From a virus, in IMG/VR virus record IMGVR_UViG_3300045988_116708, positions 1 through 64,000 of that record: 64,000 nt of DNA. One strand, given 5' to 3'. The notes beneath the pieces are model-generated. The model was given only the letters and a program-made list of their open reading frames with translations, was not told the origin of the DNA and ran no database searches. The translations under genes were made by a program, and so were the position numbers. Of this stretch, positions 44,253-52,338 are shown piece by piece (position 1 is the first letter of the stretch; every line of letters begins with the position of its first letter).

Positions 44253-44591
44253 ATGAAGACAATTCAGCAAGCCCTTATAGACGAAATACATTACCCGATT
44301 CCAGCTGGTTTTGTAGAGAATGTTATGATTAAACGTAATCTCAAAGTTGATGAAGAGTTTGATTATGACGTTTCTCGTTCCAACGAATATCAGGGGGCAT
44401 TAGCTGATTGTCTTTGGTCTTTAGTTCAGTCTATCAATTTTTCTGAAGCAGATAAGTCTTTTGGATCTTTATCTGATAAAGACAAAGAGCGAATTTTGTT
44501 ACGTGTCAACTCTATCTACAATACTATTGGTGAGCCTTCGGTAGAACTGGAGGCAAAGCCGATGGTATATGTAGGTGATTGCTTGTTATAG
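44253..44591 (+). CDS. Head-tail connector protein
   Basis: Called from size and position. Confidence 0.45.
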   Translation: MKTIQQALIDEIHYPIPAGFVENVMIKRNLKVDEEFDYDVSRSNEYQGALADCLWSLVQSINFSEADKSFGSLSDKDKERILLRVNSIYNTIGEPSVELEAKPMVYVGDCLL

Positions 44592-44593
44592 TA

Positions 44594-44920
44594 ATGGCTG
44601 TATTGAATAGAAATCCACACCGTTTGCAATATCTTATATCCACACAAGGATACGAAGATGAAAACGGCGACTATCATCCCGGGCTCTCTGAGTGGAGTGG
44701 TTCGATTCCTTGCGATGCAGTACCATCCGGTAGAGCAGAAGAAAGAGAGTTTGAGGACGGTGTTATAAGGAGCTATTCATATACGGTTTATCTACCGAGT
44801 AATTGTCGTACATTTACTATTGGAGATAGAGTTAAAATAGGCCTGCTTGGAGGAATTGAAAGAGAATTTCAAGTCAAAGGTTTCCATCGTTATCAGCTTC
44901 AGTGTAAAATATGGGTTTAG
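44594..44920 (+). CDS. Head-closure / head-tail adaptor protein
   Basis: ATG at 44594 of track ORF 44579..44920; called from position. Confidence 0.45.
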   Translation: MAVLNRNPHRLQYLISTQGYEDENGDYHPGLSEWSGSIPCDAVPSGRAEEREFEDGVIRSYSYTVYLPSNCRTFTIGDRVKIGLLGGIEREFQVKGFHRYQLQCKIWV

Positions 44921-44923
44921 TAT

Positions 44924-45385
44924 ATGGGCATAAAGATGACTACTAAGCTGGATGAAGTTCATGACAAGCTTATGAAAGAGGCAGAGCGGGTTGAAAGATT
45001 GATAATACGGGCCTTATCGTATCTCGGTGAACAATGTGTCACTAGGGTACGTAATCGAGGCGGTGAGAAAAGCTGGTATGATCAATCTGGAAATTTACGT
45101 AGTTCAGTAGGGTATGTAATAGCACATAATGGCAGTATTGTCCAATACTCAGACTTTAACCAAGTAAAGCAAGGTTCAGAAGGCGTAAAAGTGGGAAAAG
45201 ATCTAGCTGAAGAAATCGTAAAAAGATATTTGAATGATTATGTGCTGGTAATAGTTGCTGGAATGAATTATGCAGAAAAAGTAGAAGCGATGGATAACAA
45301 GGATGTGCTTGCGTCAACAGAACTATGGGCTACCGAACAGGTTCCTAAGATGCTTGAAAAACTGAAAAAACAGATTGCTAGATGA
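44924..45385 (+). CDS. Tail-completion (HK97 gp10-like) protein
   Basis: Called from size and position only. Confidence 0.4.
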   Translation: MGIKMTTKLDEVHDKLMKEAERVERLIIRALSYLGEQCVTRVRNRGGEKSWYDQSGNLRSSVGYVIAHNGSIVQYSDFNQVKQGSEGVKVGKDLAEEIVKRYLNDYVLVIVAGMNYAEKVEAMDNKDVLASTELWATEQVPKMLEKLKKQIAR

Positions 45386-45804
45386 AATCGGACATTGAAA
45401 TACAGAAGTTTGTCTATCACAAGATTAAAGGTACAGCTCTTGAACAAAGTGTTACTGGAAAATTGAGTGATAGAGGTAGACCTAACAAATCAGACAAGGA
45501 AGATATTGTCATATCAGTACTTGCTAATGAGGGTTGCGGGCAAATCCAACGGGCTTATGTGAATATCAATGTTTACGTTAGTGACCAATGGAATGAAGAT
45601 ACGAAACAATGGGAACGAAATACGGTCCGTGTAGGTAAATTATGCGAATTGTGTAAGTTCCTTTTCTCCATACGAGAGGAAGAGTATCATACGGTACCTA
45701 AGCAATGTTCTCAAAAAACCATTCCAACAGGAGTGACCTTTGAAGATGGACATACTGAACATTTCATTAATAACAAACTGTATATTGAGATAAATAACGA
45801 ATAA
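45382..45804 (+). CDS. Tail terminator-like protein
   Basis: Called from size and position only. Confidence 0.4.
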   Translation: MKSDIEIQKFVYHKIKGTALEQSVTGKLSDRGRPNKSDKEDIVISVLANEGCGQIQRAYVNINVYVSDQWNEDTKQWERNTVRVGKLCELCKFLFSIREEEYHTVPKQCSQKTIPTGVTFEDGHTEHFINNKLYIEINNE

Positions 45805-45833
45805 TTATTAACTATATTAAGTGATATAGAGCT

Positions 45834-46382
45834 ATGGCAGTTATAGGGTGGGGGAAACCTCGTATATTTATTAAAGATTTGGATGCAAGTTCTCCAAAGT
45901 GGGAAGAGCTTCCGACTCCTGTAGAGGATTCTACACAATTGACAACAACCAAAGGAGATAAACAGGAAGCCAAGATTGAAGGTGGGGAAAACGAAGACGT
46001 AAAGTATGGCAAAAATACTTATGCTCTTGCTCTCAACATTCGTGCCGCAAAGGGACGCAAAAGACCTATTAGTGATAGTGATGGTGTAGTTGCTCACAAT
46101 TACGCTATTGCGTTACAGCCGGAGGATCCGGAAGTTCAAGGTTTCTGTATGGAAAAGACTACTGTTTCTGTTGAAGATACATTTACTACGGCAGATGGTG
46201 GTGTTTGGGCGTATATGTTTGATGCATTAAAACCTGGTTCCGACAAAAAGCAAATTCAATGGGGTAAAATTATTGTCACTCCGAACACTGGTACACCAAC
46301 TAAAATTGAATGTGATCCAGAAGATGAATCCGGAGATGGGGATAAGTTTGAAGTAGCTCCTAATCCGGGTGTAGGAGGTTAA
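45834..46382 (+). CDS. Major tail protein
   Basis: 182 aa, the last gene before the chaperone/tape-measure region, followed by a hairpin. Confidence 0.5.
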   Translation: MAVIGWGKPRIFIKDLDASSPKWEELPTPVEDSTQLTTTKGDKQEAKIEGGENEDVKYGKNTYALALNIRAAKGRKRPISDSDGVVAHNYAIALQPEDPEVQGFCMEKTTVSVEDTFTTADGGVWAYMFDALKPGSDKKQIQWGKIIVTPNTGTPTKIECDPEDESGDGDKFEVAPNPGVGG

Positions 46383-46403
46383 GTTTTGATAGGTAATGCC
46401 GAG

Positions 46404-46430
46404 CGTGGGGGCGTAATACCCACGTGTTTT
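46404..46430 (+). terminator. Hairpin plus short T-tract after the major tail gene
   Basis: CGTGGG-ggcgtaata-CCCACG followed by TGTTTT. Confidence 0.4.
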
Positions 46431-46501
46431 GCGGAGATGGTGTAATGGTTGCATATATATCATCCAGATATCAGGTTACGGTTCAAATCCGTATCTCCGC
46501 T
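46431..46501 (+). tRNA. Phage-encoded tRNA-like gene, best read as tRNA-Gly(UCC) with an atypical anticodon loop
   Basis: Acceptor GCGGAGA/TCTCCGC. D-arm GTGT-AATGGTT-GCAT. T-arm TACGG-TTCAAAT-CCGTA. Discriminator T. Anticodon arm TATAT-CATCCAG-ATATC, with A at position 33 and a T-C mismatch at the stem top. Confidence 0.55.
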
Positions 46502-46578
46502 CTGTTTTTTGAGAATCTGATTTGTTGTTCATAATTTAATGTCGGTTGTCTGTGAAGATAGCCGATAAAAAATAATTG

Positions 46579-47295
46579 ATGATGAAAGAAACTATAAAAG
46601 ATATAGACGCGGATATTGCTGATATAATAATGAGCGTTCCGAGAGGATTTAAAGTGGGTAAAAGAAAGTTCTATCTTTATCCTATTACTCTTGGTAAAAC
46701 ATATCTTATTTCACGCCTTATGTCTTCTTTGAATATAAATCTAAAAATAGTACACGCTAATCCATACATGGAGGCTTTAAGGCTATGCCAAGACAAGAAA
46801 AATATTGTATGCCGTATATTATCCTATCACACAATTAATAAGAAAAAAGATTTGTTTGATAATGATGTGATTCAGGAAAGATGTGATTTTTTTATTAAAG
46901 AACTTGATAATGAAAGTTTGGCACAACTGCTTGTGATGGTCCTTTCCGAAGGGGATATATCTCAATTTACTAAGCATTTAGGCATTGACAAAGAAAAAGA
47001 GTGGCAAGAAAAGGCGATGAAGGCTAAAAGAGACAATAATTCTTTCGTTTTCGGTGGAAAAAGTATATATGGTACACTAATAAGTTCTGCTTGTGAACGT
47101 TATGGCTGGACTTTTGAATATGTTGTATGGGGAATAAGCTATGCCAATCTGCAACTACTTCTTGCCGATTCTATAACGTCTATCTATTTGTCTGACGAAG
47201 AACGTAAGCGAGTTAATATACCTAAAGACCGCAACGTGATAAATGCTGATGATCCGGCAAATATGGCAAGGATTAAGGCAATGAAATGGGATTGA
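46579..47295 (+). CDS. Tail assembly chaperone-position protein
   Basis: 238 aa between the major tail and tape-measure regions. No frameshift signal was identified. Confidence 0.4.
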   Translation: MMKETIKDIDADIADIIMSVPRGFKVGKRKFYLYPITLGKTYLISRLMSSLNINLKIVHANPYMEALRLCQDKKNIVCRILSYHTINKKKDLFDNDVIQERCDFFIKELDNESLAQLLVMVLSEGDISQFTKHLGIDKEKEWQEKAMKAKRDNNSFVFGGKSIYGTLISSACERYGWTFEYVVWGISYANLQLLLADSITSIYLSDEERKRVNIPKDRNVINADDPANMARIKAMKWD

Positions 47296-47306
47296 TTCAA
47301 CATAAA

Positions 47307-47393
47307 TGTATGCAATAACTGGGTTTCTTCGGAAATAACCCCAGTTTCTTCGGAAATAATACGGTATTATTCCGTGATTAATCACTGATTATT
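47307..47393 (+). repeat. Repeat R2: copy of R1 with a duplicated 20-bp GTTTCTTCGGAAATAA unit
   Basis: 13-bp and 52-bp blocks are identical to 33540-33606. The tandem pair is GGGTTTCTTCGGAAATAACC / CCAGTTTCTTCGGAAATAAT. Palindrome TGATTAATCA at 47376-47385. Confidence 0.75.
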
Positions 47394-47400
47394 CCGTGAT

Positions 47401-47444
47401 CACTACGTGAACACTACGTAATCACTACGTCAACACTACGTGAT
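47401..47444 (+). repeat. Four tandem 11-bp iterons CACTACGTnAn
   Basis: The copies are cactacgtgaa, cactacgtaat, cactacgtcaa and cactacgtgat. Confidence 0.8.
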
Positions 47445-47498
47445 TTTTAAAATATATTAATTCTTATCTGTTTTATATTGAATACAGATAAAAATATC

Positions 47499-47506
47499 TA
47501 TATTTG
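47499..47506 (+). promoter_or_regulatory. -7 promoter box TATATTTG downstream of the iterons
   Basis: Matches the consensus. It is preceded by inverted repeat TTATCTGT/ACAGATAA (47464-47491). Confidence 0.5.
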
Positions 47507-47917
47507 CATCTGTAACAAGTACGAGATGTTACCAGACATTGATTCAGTATTCTCCTGTACGGAGTTTATATATGAATAGCCTCGTAGTAGCTCGTACCTA
47601 TTACGGGGCTTTCTATTTAAAGCCAGTTATACAATCGGTTCTATCAGTGCCAACCGTTCCGAACTTTGACAGCGGAGAGATAAAATGGCTCTTATGTTTT
47701 GCACTATATGTCTTTTATTGGAAAGTCCTGCTCTGTTCCTATCACCTAACAACAGGCGCCCAAGCGTTGTATTACGATAACCAATAAGGGATGAATCAAA
47801 GATATTGGAGAAGTATTGAGTGTTAAAGCAACAAAATGGATAATTGAAGTTTAATAAAGTCCATCCACCTCCTAATAATTATCTTGGGAGAAAGGGTGAG
47901 GTATAAAATTAGTCAAC

Positions 47918-48403
47918 ATGGAAGAGATATATTCGTTTGAAGAAATTGCAGATTATATCAATAAGCGTAATTTAGCCGTATCTCCTGAGTACGTTGTTAG
48001 TTATTGGACAAAGAAAAAATGGATAACTAAGAAAGGGACTCCTGTAAAAACATTAGCTGCTGTTGTTGATGTTGCTAATAGCATATTTCTCACTAAAAAG
48101 AGAAGAGAGAAAGGAGAGCCAACTTCTAATTTAAAATCTCTTCGGAAAATGAAGAGAGAAAAAGAAAAATTAGAATATACTAAATTTACCACTTATAATA
48201 ACCAACTTCAAGATGATAGATGGATAGCGTTTAGAAACTTTGTTCTTACAGCAAGAGGGAAACGTTGTGAAAAATGTGGGAGTGACAAACATATTCAAAT
48301 ACATCATCCATATTATATTAAAGGAAGAGCTGCATGGGAATACAACTGCTTAGATGTTATCGTATTATGTAGTTGTTGTCATGAAAAAGAGCATCACATT
48401 TAA
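47918..48403 (+). CDS. HNH endonuclease
   Basis: CEKCGSDKHIQIHHPYY...LCSCCHEKEHH. Confidence 0.8.
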   Translation: MEEIYSFEEIADYINKRNLAVSPEYVVSYWTKKKWITKKGTPVKTLAAVVDVANSIFLTKKRREKGEPTSNLKSLRKMKREKEKLEYTKFTTYNNQLQDDRWIAFRNFVLTARGKRCEKCGSDKHIQIHHPYYIKGRAAWEYNCLDVIVLCSCCHEKEHHI

Positions 48404-48432
48404 AAGAACAATATAACTTTAAATTATAGTTT

Positions 48433-48819
48433 ATGAATGAACTTGTTTTCAAAGGTCAGAATGACCAAGTTTTAACAAGCAGCCTTTTGGTGGCTGAGAA
48501 GTTCGGGAAAGAACATAGTAACGTATTAAAAGCTATTGATGCTTTAGCTTCTAAAATGCCTGAAAATCAATGTAAAGTATATTTTGACGATACATCAATA
48601 GAAATGCAGCAGCCTAATGGTGGTATACGTTATTCTCGAGTTGTTGTTATGAACAGGGATGGATTTAGTTTACTTGTAATGGGATTTACTGGCAAAAAGG
48701 CTTTTGATTTTAAATCTGATTTTTACGATGCTTTTGAAGCGATGGAAAAAGCGCTAAAAGAGCAAAGGAAGCCATTGTCTCAACTTGATTTTGGAATTTG
48801 TTTACGCAAGACCTTTTAG
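48433..48819 (+). CDS. Rha-family phage regulatory protein
   Basis: VLTSSLLVAEKFGKEHSNVLKAIDAL is the Phage_pRha N-terminal motif. Confidence 0.75.
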   Translation: MNELVFKGQNDQVLTSSLLVAEKFGKEHSNVLKAIDALASKMPENQCKVYFDDTSIEMQQPNGGIRYSRVVVMNRDGFSLLVMGFTGKKAFDFKSDFYDAFEAMEKALKEQRKPLSQLDFGICLRKTF

Positions 48820-48927
48820 AGAAATATTCAAGGTGTCAAATTTAGTTTTTACTGCTTTTTATCAGTTACTTAGATAATATGTAAAAAAGGCCAGGAGTAA
48901 TCCCAGCCTAAAAAAAGAAAAAGGATA

Positions 48928-50322
48928 TTAGTATTGTTTGTATTGCTTAGATACCTTATATTCTTTTCCTGCATAATTAAATGTCCAAATAAATATAGGC
49001 AAATAAACATATCTCATTTGACCGCCTAAATTTGTTGTTTGTCCGGCTGCTAAAGCGCCCAATTTTGATGCATCATCTGTATATAATACAATATTTTCAC
49101 TCAATCCATCTTTTACCTCAAACTTAGTAAGAGATATCTCTTTAGAACTTGTGTTGGTTATGTAACAATACACAGACCCTGTTATATAACCATTAATGGA
49201 TACAATAGATGAAGAGCTTATACCCAGATTCATAAAATCGGAAATCTCAGCTGATACAACTTCGCAAGTGGCAGTATGGGCACCATCTTCTGTAGTTATT
49301 GTTATTGTAGAAGTACCTTCCTTCAATGCTGTAACCTTTCCATTATTGTCTACAGAAACAGTGTTGGGTGCAGAACTGCTAAATTTTACATTTTTATTCT
49401 CTGCATTTTCAGGTAAAATAGAATATGTCAATGTATAGCTTTCTCCATTCAGAATCTTAACTGAAGATTCTGTAAACTGAACTCCTTTTACCGAAAAAGG
49501 CAAAACATTCACAGTACACTGCGCTTTAAAATTCCCATCATTAGTAGTGGCAATTATGTTACATGTACCTTTTGCCAATGCAGTCACCAATCCGTCTTCT
49601 ACCTTTGCAATATTAGGATCGCTGGAAGACCATTTGATACTTTTGTCCTTTGCATTTTCAGGAGATACAGTAGCTGTTAGAGTAAATGACTTGCCGGCTT
49701 CAATAGATTTAGTTGTTTCATTCAATGTAACTCCTGTAACCTTAATAGGATTCACTTTAACAACACATTTGGCGTAGGTATCACTTCCTTTGACTTTGAC
49801 TGTAATAGTACATTCACCATCGGAAACGGCTGTAACCTCGCCATCTGCATTAACCGTTGCTATAGTTTTATCCGAAGACTCCCACTCCACTTCTTTGTTG
49901 GTAGTATTTTCAGGTTCTATCGTATACTCCAAACGGAATGATTCACCGGTAGTCATCGTCTTCTCACTCTCAGATAGTTTGATATCAGTTGCTTCAATTG
50001 GAGTTACAGTGACCTTACATATATCTTTCAATTTTAGATTAAAAGAAGAAACTGATATAGTAACCTCTCCAACAGACTTTCCATAAACAATACCGTTTTC
50101 AACAGTTGCAATTGTTTCATCAGAAGAATTCCATTCATATTCGGGAGCGGGTAAATCTGCTGGCGAATGGCTGACAGTGAGAGTTATTTTCTCACCAACC
50201 TTTACTGAAGCTTCACTTTTAGAAATTTCGATAGATTGTACAACAGGTTTGTCATCATCGCCACAAGAAGATAATGATAGAATAGAAACAATAGATAGTA
50301 ACAATAAAATAGTTCGTTTCAT
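48928..50322 (-). CDS. Surface lipoprotein with five tandem Big_2 (bacterial Ig-like) domains and an unknown C-terminal domain
   Basis: Signal/lipobox LSLSSCG. There are five repeats of the pattern V.VG....L.....P.......W.SSD..IATV...G.VTA...G...I. Confidence 0.8.
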   Translation of the reverse strand: MKRTILLLLSIVSILSLSSCGDDDKPVVQSIEISKSEASVKVGEKITLTVSHSPADLPAPEYEWNSSDETIATVENGIVYGKSVGEVTISVSSFNLKLKDICKVTVTPIEATDIKLSESEKTMTTGESFRLEYTIEPENTTNKEVEWESSDKTIATVNADGEVTAVSDGECTITVKVKGSDTYAKCVVKVNPIKVTGVTLNETTKSIEAGKSFTLTATVSPENAKDKSIKWSSSDPNIAKVEDGLVTALAKGTCNIIATTNDGNFKAQCTVNVLPFSVKGVQFTESSVKILNGESYTLTYSILPENAENKNVKFSSSAPNTVSVDNNGKVTALKEGTSTITITTEDGAHTATCEVVSAEISDFMNLGISSSSIVSINGYITGSVYCYITNTSSKEISLTKFEVKDGLSENIVLYTDDASKLGALAAGQTTNLGGQMRYVYLPIFIWTFNYAGKEYKVSKQYKQY

Positions 50323-50354
50323 GAATATAACACTTTAATATTAAAAATATTTTG

Positions 50355-50362
50355 CAAATATA
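50355..50362 (-). promoter_or_regulatory. Minus-strand -7 box for the lipoprotein gene
   Basis: CAAATATA on + equals TATATTTG on the minus strand, 33 nt upstream of the start. Confidence 0.5.
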
Positions 50363-50447
50363 ATTTATATATACAATTCATCCTTTTCTTATATTATATT
50401 AAATAGTCCTACAAGGTTAATAAAATAAAATACTGTCTGCTAACTAC

Positions 50448-50476
50448 GTCACTTTTGCGATTATGCCATAATTTTG
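50448..50476 (+). promoter_or_regulatory. Half-operator GTCACTTTTG plus -7 box TAATTTTG (site f)
   Basis: Only the right half-site is present. The box lies at 50469-50476. Confidence 0.4.
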
Positions 50477-50512
50477 TAGATGATTTTTTAAGCGCAGATT
50501 AGATATAATTTG

Positions 50513-50709
50513 TATCTTTGTGGTGCTAACAACTTATAGGAGCGGCAAACTCCTATGGCTTCATCATTGGAGCTATTTTTTTGCCAGTACATATAACAAG
50601 TAGTATCATAATTTAAGATATTGCGCACGAACGGTGGGGTAACAGAAATGTCCCCAAACTAAATTCCTATGAGTTTGTTAGCAGCCGTGAACGTGCGCAT
50701 TTTTTTGTT
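50513..50709 (+). promoter_or_regulatory. Second -7 box (TATCTTTG) and about 190 nt of structured leader ending in a terminator-like hairpin
   Basis: Long-range pairing of 50524-50540 with 50666-50683. Hairpin ATAGGAG/CTCCTAT. Stem GCGCACG (50623-50629) / CGTGCGC (50692-50698) plus T7, ending 3 nt before the ATG. Confidence 0.45.
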
Positions 50710-51570
50710 ATGCTAACAAACTCGATTCAAGTTCTAAAACAAACAGAATTGTGTGGACGGCAATTCACAGTTTACGGAACGGCAGAAAATCCATTGTTCT
50801 TAGCCAAAGAAGTAGCAGAGTGTATTGAACACAGTAACATCACCGTAATGCTTCAAACAATAGATGAAGAAGAAAAGGTGAAAATCACCCCTAAACAATC
50901 CTTAGGGGACTTAGTTAACTACAAAGAATACAACTTCTTAACTGAAGATGGCTTATACGAAGTCCTCATGCAATCCCGCAAACCTATCGCAAAGCAATTC
51001 AAGAAGGGAGTTAAACAAATCCTTCACGAAGTACGAACTATTGGCGGTTACATCGCCACCAAGCAAGACGACACCCCCGAAGAAATCATGGCACGTGCGC
51101 TAACCATCGCACAAGCTACCCTTGCCAAAAGAGAGGAACGGTTAAAGCAGCTTGAAGCTCAAGCCGAACAACAGCAAGTCACCATCGAGATTCAGACAGA
51201 GGAAATCAAGAAAGCAGCACCGAAAGTCAGCTACTACGACAACCACTTGCAGAGTGTGAACACGCAGACAAGCACCCAAGTAGCCAAGCAGATTGGCTTG
51301 GATGCGGAGAAGCTTCACAAGAAACTGAAAGAAATCGGAATCATCTACAAGCAATCGGGGCAATGGCTCCTTCATGCTCCTTATTCCACTTGGGAGCTGC
51401 ATTCCACCCGTACACAGACGTACACACGTTCGGACGGTTCGACAGGAACAAGTGTATATACGGTATGGACTACCAAGGGCGTGCGTTTCATCATCGCATT
51501 GTACGAGAATGATTGGAATGTGAAGAAATCCATTAAGCAGATAAAGGGCGAGATGAATCCGGCCGCATAA
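50710..51570 (+). CDS. Bro-N / KilAC (ANT) antirepressor
   Basis: N-terminal FTVYGTAENPLFLAKEVAECIEHSN is a Bro-N pattern. C-terminal KVSYYDNHLQSVNTQTSTQVAKQIGL is a KilAC pattern. Confidence 0.7.
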   Translation: MLTNSIQVLKQTELCGRQFTVYGTAENPLFLAKEVAECIEHSNITVMLQTIDEEEKVKITPKQSLGDLVNYKEYNFLTEDGLYEVLMQSRKPIAKQFKKGVKQILHEVRTIGGYIATKQDDTPEEIMARALTIAQATLAKREERLKQLEAQAEQQQVTIEIQTEEIKKAAPKVSYYDNHLQSVNTQTSTQVAKQIGLDAEKLHKKLKEIGIIYKQSGQWLLHAPYSTWELHSTRTQTYTRSDGSTGTSVYTVWTTKGVRFIIALYENDWNVKKSIKQIKGEMNPAA

Positions 51571-51739
51571 CACTATTGCATAATTATCAGCGGTCCTTTT
51601 CAATGCAGGACAGCCTAAGTTGTACACAATAAAATATTACCTATGAAAGTTGAATTAGATGTTAATCAATATATGGAAATGCTCAAAGCATTTACGGAAT
51701 ATTCAGACAAATAGAACAATTTTAAAAAATAAACGTTTT

Positions 51740-52153
51740 TTATTCCCTTATTGCCATTTTAAGTGATTCTTCTAGTTTTCCTGCATATTTAAATATATCG
51801 TCTATACTGTCAATCTGAAGCCATTCGCAACTCTTGTAGTTATCTAATGGTATTCCTATCTGCTTCTTTCTTGCGCCAATAGAGATACGGCATATCCAAA
51901 ACCACTGGCTGTTATCAAGGTTTACGACGAAGTAGCTCTTGTAGTCTCTATAGGTTATACGTGCCACATCCACGCTTTTTCTTAAAATACTTCTTACGAT
52001 ATTGTAAGCATCCAATTCTTCTTGCGTCGTTACAACACCGGATTCTTTATCCATGTATACAACTCCGTCCGGGAGTTGCTCTTCTGTAGCTATACTATCC
52101 TTTTGCTTTTGGATACGTTCTGCAAGTTGTAAGATTTGATCTTTAAAGTCCAT
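51740..52153 (-). CDS. Hypothetical protein, possibly HsdR-N-terminal-like (PD-(D/E)XK-related) domain
   Basis: EELDAYNIVRSILRKSVDVARITYRDYKSYFVVNLD...WICRI resembles HSDR_N_2-type proteins as I recall them. The likely start is MDFKDQ (52153), with a -7 box at 52183-52190. Confidence 0.4.
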   Translation of the reverse strand: MDFKDQILQLAERIQKQKDSIATEEQLPDGVVYMDKESGVVTTQEELDAYNIVRSILRKSVDVARITYRDYKSYFVVNLDNSQWFWICRISIGARKKQIGIPLDNYKSCEWLQIDSIDDIFKYAGKLEESLKMAIRE

Positions 52154-52257
52154 GCTTTTATTGTTGTATAATAATATATGCACAAATATATTTTATATAA
52201 CAATATAAACAAAATTAAAGATAAAAAAATAATCTATTAAATATGTTTTTGCTATGT

Positions 52258-52315
52258 ATGTGGCATTTAATACGTCACTTTTATTATCTTTGCAATGCCG
52301 TGTGATGTTGCACGG
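52258..52315 (+). promoter_or_regulatory. Promoter with degenerate operator (site e) and leader hairpin, tape-measure operon
   Basis: ATGTG-N13-CACTT. Box TATCTTTG at 52285-52292. Hairpin CCGTG-TGATGTTG-CACGG at 52298-52315. Confidence 0.55.
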
Positions 52316-52338
52316 AACTATTTCTATCGAAAAGACTT

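Noticed and set aside
47401-47444. Tandem repeats considered as a possible CRISPR array
   Set aside because: The units are only 11 bp with no spacers and no cas genes. They are iterons, not CRISPR repeats.
51142-51627. 161-aa antisense ORF opposite the Bro-N antirepressor
   Set aside because: The sense strand carries clear Bro-N/KilAC motifs, and the antisense ORF has no supporting signals.
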